Below, piece after piece: positions 17,734 to 27,249 of a DNA stretch of 64,000 bases. The first letter of the stretch is position 1; every line of letters starts with the position of its first letter. The stretch comes from a virus. Taxonomy: Duplodnaviria; Caudoviricetes. Both the position numbers and the translations under genes were made by a program. The notes under the pieces are model-generated. The model was given only the letters and a program-made list of their open reading frames with translations. It did not search any database and was not told the origin of the DNA. Location: positions 32,001 through 96,000 of IMG/VR virus record IMGVR_UViG_3300029288_000101; one strand, given 5' to 3'.

Positions 17734-18470
17734 AAATCTAAATACTCCTTGTAAGTCATAAAGACCACGCCTAAATTTTTAAAATGAGCAATAAACTTGT
17801 CATAATAAAAACCTGACAACTCTCCTATATTTAAACCTTCTGGTACATAAGGATTATATAAGGTTGGAATGAATTTCTTATAAAACTAAGTGTTATGAGT
17901 TAACATTGCTAAAGTTTGCTGTTCTTCTAATTTCTTTGTAAAAGCTCTTAAAAATCTATTAAAACCAACAAAACCATCTGTCTTTAAATAACCATCTAAA
18001 GTTAAATGGAAAGGTGTCAAGATCGACTTGAATTTATAATCTTCTGGTTTCATAACTACCATATCGCTACAAATATAATTCAAGCCTAATGAATCTTGAA
18101 CCAAATAGCCTAACGATTTATTCCATTTAAAATTACCACCACAAGCAGAAACTCCTAAAATATTTAAATCTAAAGACCTTACTTTTTTCAATTCTTGTAG
18201 AGGTGAAGGCAATTCTTTTGAATTAACATGATTTGCAAGATGTAAACCAAATTCCCAACCATTGTTCTCTAAAGTCTTATAAAAGTTTTGATATTTCAAT
18301 TCAGAAACTCCCCTGTCATATCTTAAGAATATTGTCGATCTAACTTCATGTTTCCTCTCAATACTAAACATCCTATCAACATTAAGATTTAGACCATGAA
18401 CCCAATCAAAATCATGTCTTAAAATAATAATCTTCTTTTCCTTAAATACTAAAGATTTAACAGTTTCCAT
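17730..18470 (-). pseudogene. polysaccharide deacetylase-like gene with in-frame TAG at 17886..17888
   Basis: LRHDFD, WEFGLH, THN; frame continues 51 codons past TAG (FYKKF...GVVFMTYKEYLDL) to an ATGA overlap with the next gene. Confidence 0.75.
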
Positions 18471-19320
18471 TGGTTATAACCTTTGACAAACACCATGCTG
18501 AATATGCTCTTACTCTAAAATTAGTGTGCTGAAGAGAGGTCAAAATCTCTTTGTCTAAAATCAACATTCTTTTATTTAATTTTTCTTCTCCTAAAATCGT
18601 TAAAAGCTCATTTTTATAAAGATTATAAATTAAAAAAGTTATAGGTATAGACCAGCCTATTGAGCCAGAAGATAGCCATTTCTCTTTATCTGAAAAATTT
18701 ATTAAACTTTTTAAAACTATTTCTTTTTTATAAATCAAAAATTTCAATCTATAAAAATGATAAAGCATTAAGCCTAAATGAAAGCTATCTTCCAATTTCA
18801 TTTTTTCCCATTTCTCTTCTTTAAAATATTGATAAGACCAATTACCATTTTCTTGGCTTGATTCTAATAAATTTACTAATTTTTTAGCTCTATCTAATTC
18901 TCCACACTCATTAAAAACCAAAGCCGCTGCTGATGTTACATTTGGAACAGCATAATTTGTTTCTTCACTACAATATTTTTGCCAACCATTTTCATAGCTA
19001 CCTATAGATTTTATATCTTCAAAAATCTTATCTGTTAGGTATTTAAATCTTAATTGTTTAAAAAACTCATAGCAAATCCATAAAGTATAAGTGTATAAAT
19101 TATTTTCTGAACAACGAGCCACATTAACTCTGTTTCTCTTATTTAAAATAAGATTTCTTTCCAATACTTTTATCAAACAATCATGATAATCTAATCCAAA
19201 TATTTGCTTTGCACTTCCTAATAAAGCAAAGCCATCGGCAGAAGATTTTTCAAAAAAAATATCTGTTTCAGGAAACCTTACTTCAGATATTAATTTCTTA
19301 ATATCAGATAAAATAATCAT
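18457..19320 (-). CDS. (alpha/alpha)-toroid carbohydrate-active-like protein
   Basis: VPNVTSAAA, QENGNWSY, EDSFH motifs; glycan cluster context. Confidence 0.45.
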   Translation of the reverse strand: MIILSDIKKLISEVRFPETDIFFEKSSADGFALLGSAKQIFGLDYHDCLIKVLERNLILNKRNRVNVARCSENNLYTYTLWICYEFFKQLRFKYLTDKIFEDIKSIGSYENGWQKYCSEETNYAVPNVTSAAALVFNECGELDRAKKLVNLLESSQENGNWSYQYFKEEKWEKMKLEDSFHLGLMLYHFYRLKFLIYKKEIVLKSLINFSDKEKWLSSGSIGWSIPITFLIYNLYKNELLTILGEEKLNKRMLILDKEILTSLQHTNFRVRAYSAWCLSKVITNGNC

Positions 19321-19898
19321 CTTACAATGCTATCAATTAAAAATAACTTATTATTATTTTTTGAACTCAAAGAAAACTCTTCAATATTTACAAATTTTAG
19401 CTTCTTATATCTTTTTCTAATTTGAAGCTTATTTTCAAAAAGCCTAACATGGCTCTCATTTTTAAAATTAGGTACTGAAAATATAAATCTAACATTAGAA
19501 GGCAACAATTTTATTACTTCCAAATCTTCTTCTAAATGTTCCAATACCTCGCAACAAATAATAGTCTCAAAAGGCAAATATTGTGCCTCTACACTATATA
19601 TATCTTTTACCTCAAAAGCACAATTAGAAGCAAAAGCAGAATTTAATTGTTTTGCTTTCTCAATAGCAACCTCACTAAAATCTATACCTTTTATATAATT
19701 CTTCTCCTCTCTTAAAAGATAATTTGCTAATTGACCAACACCACAACCTATTTCTAGAATACTTTCCTTTTTTGTTAATATCTCTCCAATCCTCTTCCAA
19801 ATAGGAAAATATATTGTTTGTTCTGGCTGTTTAAAATACATTCCTTTTGAACCGCCCTTCAAATAAATCTCGTCATAAAATTCTCTATTTTTTTCCAT
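19317..19898 (-). CDS. class I SAM-dependent methyltransferase
   Basis: ILEIGCGVG, GIDFS, EVLEHL, SVPN. Confidence 0.9.
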   Translation of the reverse strand: MEKNREFYDEIYLKGGSKGMYFKQPEQTIYFPIWKRIGEILTKKESILEIGCGVGQLANYLLREEKNYIKGIDFSEVAIEKAKQLNSAFASNCAFEVKDIYSVEAQYLPFETIICCEVLEHLEEDLEVIKLLPSNVRFIFSVPNFKNESHVRLFENKLQIRKRYKKLKFVNIEEFSLSSKNNNKLFLIDSIVR

Positions 19899-19901
19899 AT
19901 T

Positions 19902-20762
19902 CTATTTTTCTAAAAATCCTCTGAATTTTGTTTCTCTTCCTTCTAAAATATCAAACATATTTACCAATCTTTCTCCTGCTGTATGTTTCTTTTGATATAA
20001 TATTCTTCCTTGAGTTCTTACTCTCTCATAGCTCTTTTGTTTTGAAGTTCTTGAGTAAAACTCAATCATCTTCTTTGCTTCCTTTAATTTCTTAAACCAA
20101 ACCAAATGTTTATGATTTTCAAATAAATCTTCGATACCAGGAAACCAAGACACCAAAGCAAAACCACCTGAAGAGAGAATATTGTATAAGCGATTGCTTG
20201 TCACAGAATGCATTGGTAGACTAATGCTCAAATTAAATTTTGAGTTTCTATAAAGAAAGCTCTGGTCTTCTGTGGTTCTTTCTCCGCTAATTATCTTAAG
20301 CTTAAAATTTTCAGCAATACCGTCCAATAAAATTTTTCTATTACTATGCCAACGAGTTGAATTATTTCCTATAAATAACACTTCCCAGTCTATCTTCCTT
20401 CCTTCTGTTGCTTCTGGAATTAAACCACACTGAGGCATATAAAACACTGGCTTTTTAAAATATTCTTCATATAGCTTATTATATTCTAAGTTACAAAGAA
20501 AAATATAATCACAACCGCAGCCACAATTATCTTGTTTAATTAATTTTTCAGGCGGATTCAAATCACACATCCACCATCCCACTTTTGCTTTCGTATTTAT
20601 TTTAGGAAAAGTTTTATTGTAAAAAACAATCAAACTATCGTAATCCTTGACTAAATTTATTTCCGAAAAATCAAAGATCTCTATTCCTGTTGACTTTGCA
20701 GCATTAGCGATAGGACCTAATCTTTCTTTCTTTTCTTTTATTATAAAAGCTCTTTTAAGCAT
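19902..20762 (-). CDS. CgeB-like glycosyltransferase
   Basis: WWMCD, VLFIGN, SNRLYNILSSGGF, HTAGERL. Confidence 0.8.
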   Translation of the reverse strand: MLKRAFIIKEKKERLGPIANAAKSTGIEIFDFSEINLVKDYDSLIVFYNKTFPKINTKAKVGWWMCDLNPPEKLIKQDNCGCGCDYIFLCNLEYNKLYEEYFKKPVFYMPQCGLIPEATEGRKIDWEVLFIGNNSTRWHSNRKILLDGIAENFKLKIISGERTTEDQSFLYRNSKFNLSISLPMHSVTSNRLYNILSSGGFALVSWFPGIEDLFENHKHLVWFKKLKEAKKMIEFYSRTSKQKSYERVRTQGRILYQKKHTAGERLVNMFDILEGRETKFRGFLEK

Positions 20763-21441
20763 AGCGAACTCTTAAACGAATGTGCTTCCTTCTTCTAACT
20801 ATTGGCGAATTATAAAGTTTATCCCCAAATTCAGAAGAAATTACTCGTAAATTAATTTTTAATCTTTGTAATAAATAGGAAAATGAAATCTGGTCTCTTT
20901 TACTAAATTGAGAAATCTCTTCCCACCATAAATCATTGAAGCGATTTGTTCTAAAATTGCTTTTTCTTAATATTAAAGCTGTATGATAAAGTCCTGAATT
21001 AGTCTTTATTTTATCTCTCACATACTTTAATTTTTGCTCATCAAAAAGCTCTTTCCTGTCTAAATTCAACCTTCTACAAACATTTAATTCTTCAAACAAA
21101 CAAATTCTTTTAGGATGTTTAAACAATGAAATGTCTGTATCTTTTGGTAAATTCTTTAAACAAAAACTCTTAATATTTTCTATTAAAAGCTGATAGCAAG
21201 AATCAACCCAAATATTTATTTCATGCTTTGGTAAATATTTTTCAGGATGAGTCTTAATGAATCTTGCCGCTCTTTGAGGATCTCCATCAATCGTTTTATA
21301 ATTAATGATTTTTTGCTCCCATCCAAAACAATTATTTAATTTGTCAGTGAAGAGGATGTATCGAACACCCTCTTCTTTTTTCTTTGGATTGAAAACTCTG
21401 TCATAATTACCAAAATTACAACTAAAGACAATAATTTTCAT
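20755..21441 (-). CDS. DUF616/TOD1-MUCI70-like glycosyltransferase
   Basis: FGNYD, RFIKTHP, IWVD, HPKRICLFEE, RDQISF. Confidence 0.8.
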   Translation of the reverse strand: MKIIVFSCNFGNYDRVFNPKKKEEGVRYILFTDKLNNCFGWEQKIINYKTIDGDPQRAARFIKTHPEKYLPKHEINIWVDSCYQLLIENIKSFCLKNLPKDTDISLFKHPKRICLFEELNVCRRLNLDRKELFDEQKLKYVRDKIKTNSGLYHTALILRKSNFRTNRFNDLWWEEISQFSKRDQISFSYLLQRLKINLRVISSEFGDKLYNSPIVRRRKHIRLRVRYA

Positions 21442-21442
21442 T

Positions 21443-22006
21443 TTACAATTTTAAGAACTCATCTACAGAAATTAAGTTCAGCCATTCTTTTTTATTTTTT
21501 TCAAAGCCTTTAAAATCTACTTCGCCTTCAATTACTAACTTTGTCTGACGACCTCTCTGAATTATACCACATCCCATGTCAGTTTCTATGGTATACATTT
21601 TCAAATTTCCTTTTGTTTGACGACAATATACAAAAGACAGCCAACAGTCTCCAGTCCACGCTTTCACGATTCTTGGAACTTTTTGCATATCTTCATTGAC
21701 AGGCAAACAATCATGCACAACTATGGTTCCACCTTTATTTAAACAAGCCAAAGAATTGTTAATGTCTTTTAATACTTGTTCTGAGTGGTGTAAACCATCA
21801 ATAAATATTATATCAAACTTCTCTTTATTTTGAGCAAAGAACATATCAGAACTCATTCGATGAGTTCCACCTCGTTCAGGATCTACTCCCACTTTTGTTT
21901 TTATATTTATTGCATTAAAGGTTTTATCCTTTTGAGTGCCAATCTCAAGATAACTATTGTAGTTATTCTTTGAAATAAAATGGTGTATTATTTGAACTCG
22001 ATTCAT
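21443..22006 (-). CDS. class I SAM methyltransferase (Methyltransf_24-like)
   Basis: YLEIG, DIIFIDGLH, HDCLP. Confidence 0.85.
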   Translation of the reverse strand: MNRVQIIHHFISKNNYNSYLEIGTQKDKTFNAINIKTKVGVDPERGGTHRMSSDMFFAQNKEKFDIIFIDGLHHSEQVLKDINNSLACLNKGGTIVVHDCLPVNEDMQKVPRIVKAWTGDCWLSFVYCRQTKGNLKMYTIETDMGCGIIQRGRQTKLVIEGEVDFKGFEKNKKEWLNLISVDEFLKL

Positions 22007-22030
22007 AACTTCAATTTTTATTTAAAAATA

Positions 22031-22339
22031 TTAAAAAGAAAGACTGTGATCTGCAGGATCGTAGATATGAGTTTTTACCTGATTGTCAATCTTCCAACAA
22101 AGCATATCCTGAGCGATAGCAAAATCTTGTAGTTCTGTTTCTGTATAGGCATGTCCTATTTTAAAAGGAGCATATAAATCTGCTTCAGCCACAACTACAT
22201 CATCGAGTTCTCTTTTTATTGTTGCTATGATAATTCCTTTATCATCATTTTTAAAGCCTTCTATGGTTACCTTTTTTGACTGTGTAATTCCAAGACCATG
22301 TTTTTCTAATACATAAGTAATTTTTCCTGCTTGTCCCAT
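22031..22339 (-). CDS. hypothetical (possible virion) protein
   Basis: ORF co-oriented behind head protein. Confidence 0.55.
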   Translation of the reverse strand: MGQAGKITYVLEKHGLGITQSKKVTIEGFKNDDKGIIIATIKRELDDVVVAEADLYAPFKIGHAYTETELQDFAIAQDMLCWKIDNQVKTHIYDPADHSLSF

Positions 22340-22383
22340 TTTTATAAAATTTTTAATTATTAATTTTTACAATTTTATTTTAA

Positions 22384-23568
22384 TTAAAAGTCTAAATCAG
22401 ATATTTGTTGAGTAGTTAATTCATAGATTTTTTTATCTTCCAAATTTCTTTCTAACAAACCCACTTTCTTCTCGTCTCTAATACAACCAATCACTTTCCT
22501 AATTAACGTATTATATTCTGAACAGAGGTCAGCTTCTTCTTTTGTTGTTGCAGATTTTACATTATTACCACTACTTTCAACACAACAACTTTTCTCATTG
22601 GTATTAAAATAGGTTTTACACCATTCAAACATCTTCAAAGAAGCAACTTCCTTCTCAACATCTCGACTTTCCCATTCATCTAATTTACGTGTTGGGAACT
22701 CTTTGAGCTCGTCCAAAATAACCTGCATTCTCGCTTCACAATTATCTTTTAATCCTATAATTGAAGCAAGTACACCAACTAATTTCTCCTTTATTTCTTT
22801 TCCTGTTTTCTTAAAGGTCATTTTGTCAGCACCATAATTAAAAGAGTCTGAAGACTTCTCAATATCATTGTCAAGAGATTTTTCTATTTCTTTTTCTTTC
22901 CCCTCTGTTTCTTTTTTGTCTTTATAATTATTAATATATTCTTTTTTTAATTTTTTCCACAAATCTTCATATTTACTAGGAATTTCTTTTGAATCATATT
23001 TTCTAGAAGAACTTTTCTTATTTGAATCTGAAAGATAATTATTCCCAGAATAATACTCCATAAATTCTTCTCCTTTTTTGTTACCTTTTACATAAACTCC
23101 ATATGTAATAAGAGAATCTTTATTAATATGACCTTCAAGAATATCACAATCAGGATTATGGTTTTCATGAGAATTAAATACTAATTTTTTAAAACCTTTT
23201 TCTTTTCCCTCAGTTTCTTTTCCTTCTTCTTTATTAATCTTTACCCAAACACCTCTCCTACGACCATTTTTATCAACCACTATCTTTTTAACAAGTTTTG
23301 ATAAATCCTTCTTTGCCTTTTCAAAATAATCAAGTCCATCTTTTTCTCCCACTGCCTTACAAATCTCATTACTTTTTGCAACCACATCTGAAATATATCT
23401 CCTCAAATCTAACTCAGTATAGATTTCCCATTGTTCTTGCTTTGCTTGTTTTGCAAAGTCTTCAAGAGACATCGCTTTTTCAATATTAAAATCTGTAAAG
23501 TTAGAAAAATCTAATCTTCCACCACCATTTTTAAAGTCTTCGAAGCTTAATGTTAAGTTCTTATTCAT
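22384..23568 (-). CDS. putative head protein with IEK[AS] motifs
   Basis: IEKA, ICKA, FEKAKKDLSKLVKKIVVDKNGRRRGVWVK, IEKS x2. Confidence 0.55.
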   Translation of the reverse strand: MNKNLTLSFEDFKNGGGRLDFSNFTDFNIEKAMSLEDFAKQAKQEQWEIYTELDLRRYISDVVAKSNEICKAVGEKDGLDYFEKAKKDLSKLVKKIVVDKNGRRRGVWVKINKEEGKETEGKEKGFKKLVFNSHENHNPDCDILEGHINKDSLITYGVYVKGNKKGEEFMEYYSGNNYLSDSNKKSSSRKYDSKEIPSKYEDLWKKLKKEYINNYKDKKETEGKEKEIEKSLDNDIEKSSDSFNYGADKMTFKKTGKEIKEKLVGVLASIIGLKDNCEARMQVILDELKEFPTRKLDEWESRDVEKEVASLKMFEWCKTYFNTNEKSCCVESSGNNVKSATTKEEADLCSEYNTLIRKVIGCIRDEKKVGLLERNLEDKKIYELTTQQISDLDF

Positions 23569-23589
23569 ATCGCTATTATTTTAGTTTTA

Positions 23590-23611
23590 AATTTACAATT
23601 TTATAACTGTT
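23590..23611 (-). promoter_or_regulatory. candidate late promoter AACAGTTATAAAATTGTAAATT
   Basis: Matches 6002..6023. Confidence 0.5.
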
Positions 23612-23644
23612 TCAGAACAAAAAAAACTAATAAATCTTTTGCCA

Positions 23645-25348
23645 TCAAATATCTTCCAAAAATGTTAGTCCGACACCATAATTGATTTTCTTTGCTCCTA
23701 TTTTCGATAAATAAGTTGAACTACAAGCATCGTCATGAGTTCCCACACTTTCCAATCCTTTATCTGTAAAGGCAATGGAAGAAAATTCTGACAGCATCAA
23801 GTCTGTTTGGTCACAACTGTATTGGTCTCCACGAGGAAGATGTATTTTTCCTCGCTCAAAATCTAAACTTAATCCTGGCCAGCCTTCTTTTAAATCATTT
23901 TTTGCTTTTCCTGTTGTATGCGGAAAAATAGGCAGTCCAGCATTTTGACCTTCTTGAGTAAAAATCATTTGAAAAACATTTGCCTCTGCAACTATCACAT
24001 CTGGTGAGAAATTTGAATTTAAAGTTTTTAAAATTCCTATCTGTTCAGCATAAGAACGTCCTTTCTCTCGGTAAACATGCATTAAATACATATCATCTCC
24101 ATCAATTCCCCACGTTGTAAAAAATGAATAATCAGCTGCCACACTTGCACTAAGAGCAAAATCACAACCAATTACTACTTTATTAAACTTTCTAAAATAG
24201 CTTCCTCTGTTCTTAACTAATTTAGCTTCTCCCATTCCAATAAAGGAGCGTTTCAAAATATTGAAAGGGAAAATGGTGCTTGACTCTGAAATTGGACGAC
24301 ATAAAAGTTCTCGGGAAAAAATTAAATTCCCTTGTTCTTCTCTTTTTTCTAAAAGTAACTTTAATGGAAAACGGTTCTTCCAAAGTATTCTTCCATCAGG
24401 AAATATTGCTGGATATTCAAAAATCTTCCACCCTTTTTTCTGTTTTAAATCTCCATATAAATCTTTCTCATGAAAAGGTGTTCCAACTACAATCACTTGA
24501 CCTTCTGGAACGATAGCATTCATTATAACAGAATGAAAATAGTTTGTTGCCTTTCTGCGCTGAAGTTCTGAATAAATTACATTATCTTTTAAATAATCGT
24601 CAACAATAATATATCCTGGGTGTCGTCCTCGAAAACTACCGCCATAAGATTTAATTTTTAATTGAGCTCCATTTTTACACCGTATCGCTTCTTTTCCCCA
24701 AAAATCTTTATTTTCAGGAAAAAGTTTCTCTCTCAATATTGCACTCTCTTCTATAGAAGTTTTAACTATCTCTAAAAAATCTTTTGCTAATTCATTCTCA
24801 TTAGTTAATAAAAAACCCTTAGAACAATTAACTAATTCTTTTCTTGGTTTTCCAATAAAATCTCTTGCTGCTCGATATCTATACATTTTCCAGCAAGGTG
24901 TTGCATTACTAAAATAAAAAGATTTACCATGACCACGAGCAGCGAGTATTCCAACTTTGTCCCATTTCATTACTTCTTGACCCCATTCAAGATGGTGCCA
25001 ATTCAATTCAAAATCAGGTAACGTTGATAAAATAAAATAATTCAAGTTTTCAATGCGAAAAGTTTCTTCAACGCTATCTTGAAGTTTCTCTAAATAAAAT
25101 AAATTTGCATCTTTTATTAACCCTAATTTTCCATATAAGGTATTAAAGGATTCTTCTCTTAATATTTCAAACAGCTTTTCAACATCATTTTGGTTTCCAG
25201 AAAGCATTTGAGCTAATGCTGCATCAGAAAGGTTATCAACAATTTCTCCAGTTACACGATTCACTTCTCTCAATTGTCCTAAAGTAAGAAACTTTGCTTT
25301 ATGACTTTTGATAGGATTCAAAACCTCCAAACTATCTTTAATTCCCAT
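23645..25348 (-). CDS. terL: terminase large subunit
   Basis: AARGHGKS Walker A, IIVDD Walker B, VGTP, GCDFA, HDDA nuclease motif. Confidence 0.95.
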   Translation of the reverse strand: MGIKDSLEVLNPIKSHKAKFLTLGQLREVNRVTGEIVDNLSDAALAQMLSGNQNDVEKLFEILREESFNTLYGKLGLIKDANLFYLEKLQDSVEETFRIENLNYFILSTLPDFELNWHHLEWGQEVMKWDKVGILAARGHGKSFYFSNATPCWKMYRYRAARDFIGKPRKELVNCSKGFLLTNENELAKDFLEIVKTSIEESAILREKLFPENKDFWGKEAIRCKNGAQLKIKSYGGSFRGRHPGYIIVDDYLKDNVIYSELQRRKATNYFHSVIMNAIVPEGQVIVVGTPFHEKDLYGDLKQKKGWKIFEYPAIFPDGRILWKNRFPLKLLLEKREEQGNLIFSRELLCRPISESSTIFPFNILKRSFIGMGEAKLVKNRGSYFRKFNKVVIGCDFALSASVAADYSFFTTWGIDGDDMYLMHVYREKGRSYAEQIGILKTLNSNFSPDVIVAEANVFQMIFTQEGQNAGLPIFPHTTGKAKNDLKEGWPGLSLDFERGKIHLPRGDQYSCDQTDLMLSEFSSIAFTDKGLESVGTHDDACSSTYLSKIGAKKINYGVGLTFLEDI

Positions 25349-25406
25349 CCCAATTAATTAGTTTTTATTAAGAAATCCTTTACACTTCAATTTACTAATC
25401 CACCTA

Positions 25407-25898
25407 CTATTTAAAAAATATAATATATCCTGTCCATTTACCTCTAACATTACATACTGTAGGATTTGAAATTAATAAATCTACATGACTTCTTAAACTT
25501 TTTTTACTTGTTGTATGAAGTTTCCACTCTCCATTTAAATATGGTGCTTGCGGAATATGCAAAGTTATATTGTTTCCATAACCTATTAATTGCACAAGTT
25601 CTCTGCTTGCTCCACACCACCTTTGTGGATTTTTAGGATTAATTATGCTACCATCTGCACAAGTATAAGCTAATTTACCCTTTCCACATTGCTCTACAGT
25701 TGGATTAAATACAGTGACTGTCACTTTAATTGAGTCACAAACTGGTTTGGCTAATTCAATCTGTTTCAATCTTAATTCTTTTTTATTTAACGGTTTTATA
25801 CAAAAATATAAAACAATTATAAAAATACACCCAAGTATAAATGCAAATAATAGTATTCCTACATCTTTTGCTGTTACTTTTTTCATTAATTCTTTCAT
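25407..25898 (-). CDS. membrane-anchored 3D-domain-like (peptidoglycan-related) protein
   Basis: N-terminal TM helix; VTVTVFNP..QC...TCADGS...WCGASR...VDLLI; conserved Asp positions partly lost. Confidence 0.5.
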   Translation of the reverse strand: MKELMKKVTAKDVGILLFAFILGCIFIIVLYFCIKPLNKKELRLKQIELAKPVCDSIKVTVTVFNPTVEQCGKGKLAYTCADGSIINPKNPQRWCGASRELVQLIGYGNNITLHIPQAPYLNGEWKLHTTSKKSLRSHVDLLISNPTVCNVRGKWTGYIIFFK

Positions 25899-25921
25899 TG
25901 TTTTTATTTTTAAACTTTTAA

Positions 25922-26638
25922 TTAATTCTTTTCACTCTCTTGTGCCATATCATCGTTAGCACTGTCTCTAAGCGAATTTTTATATTCTTCTTGAGTTATA
26001 TTTTCCTCTTCTGTTTCAATTATTTGTTCTTCAGCTTTTTGTTGTTTTTCAACTGGAGCTTCTTCATTTTCTATTTTTAAATAACCTTCCACAACTTTTT
26101 GTTTTTCATTTTCTATTGATTTTTTCTCTACCTGTTCTAATCTCGCTTTTAATTCTTCAAATTCTTTCTCTATAGCGACACATTCTTTCTTTTTATTTAC
26201 CAATACCTCTGTTAGGTGAAACAATCTTGCTGCATCGTTTGGTATAAATTTAAACCAGCCTTCGCCACTCACTTTATCTTCCACCACCATTCCGAAAAGC
26301 TCTAACTGAATTAATAATAATTTTGCATCCGCATATTTCAAATCAAAGTTATTCACCAAATCCTTTATTCTGAATAGTGTTACTTTATATTCTTCAAATT
26401 TATTTCTCCAAATCTCAACATTTTTTATGTTTTCAGGATCGCTTTTAAATTTATTCTCATCAAACTTACCTTTTATTTTTAATACTTTAGCATGAATTGC
26501 TGATAGATTTGCATTATACATTTCTTCATCAAGAAAAACTATTTGTTTATCCGATGAAAATTGAGAAACTATTTGTTTCTGAATTTCAGGTTCAACTTTT
26601 TTCAAACCAATTACGACCACTTCTTTAGTTATTTCCAT
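25922..26638 (-). CDS. hypothetical coiled-coil protein
   Basis: 238-aa ORF. Confidence 0.7.
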   Translation of the reverse strand: MEITKEVVVIGLKKVEPEIQKQIVSQFSSDKQIVFLDEEMYNANLSAIHAKVLKIKGKFDENKFKSDPENIKNVEIWRNKFEEYKVTLFRIKDLVNNFDLKYADAKLLLIQLELFGMVVEDKVSGEGWFKFIPNDAARLFHLTEVLVNKKKECVAIEKEFEELKARLEQVEKKSIENEKQKVVEGYLKIENEEAPVEKQQKAEEQIIETEEENITQEEYKNSLRDSANDDMAQESEKN

Positions 26639-26863
26639 TTTATTTATTTTTAATTAAACATTAGAACTATCTTTGTTTTTTTATCCTATTAGCTTTTTGA
26701 AAAATTCTTTATCATTCTTATTATTCTGGTATATTAGTTTTATATTCAATAAAATTCCCCTTGCAATCATATATAATAACAACATAAAATTCAAATCTTT
26801 TTGTTAAAGTATTAACAAAAATAAAACTTTCTGAAATCATTTTCCCTTAACAATCATTAATTT

Positions 26864-27214
26864 TTATTTCGTATCTCCTCTTAAGATTTTTATAATCTTT
26901 TTAATTTCTTCAGGATTTACTTGATGCTCTTTTATCTTCCAAACTTCTGTACTAATCCTTATTGCCATATCTCTAAGAAATTCTTCCAACACAGCATCAT
27001 TAGTTCCATCATCGTCATCATCGTCTCCACTATCTATTTGTTCCCATGATAAAAACCTCCCTCCAGGAACATCAAAAGTAATTGTTCCAACAGTACCTAC
27101 TGTTGCTTCTCTTCTTGCTTCTAATTCTAAAGCATTCAATACTCTTATTGCAAGAGCTTCATTCTTCAGCTTCGCAATCAAGATTGTTAATGGTTGCCTA
27201 ACAATTCCTGCCAT
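26864..27214 (-). CDS. hypothetical protein
   Basis: 116-aa ORF with acidic run. Confidence 0.6.
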   Translation of the reverse strand: MAGIVRQPLTILIAKLKNEALAIRVLNALELEARREATVGTVGTITFDVPGGRFLSWEQIDSGDDDDDDGTNDAVLEEFLRDMAIRISTEVWKIKEHQVNPEEIKKIIKILRGDTK

Positions 27215-27249
27215 CTCTTAATTTTTATTTATGAATCTTTACCAATTTA

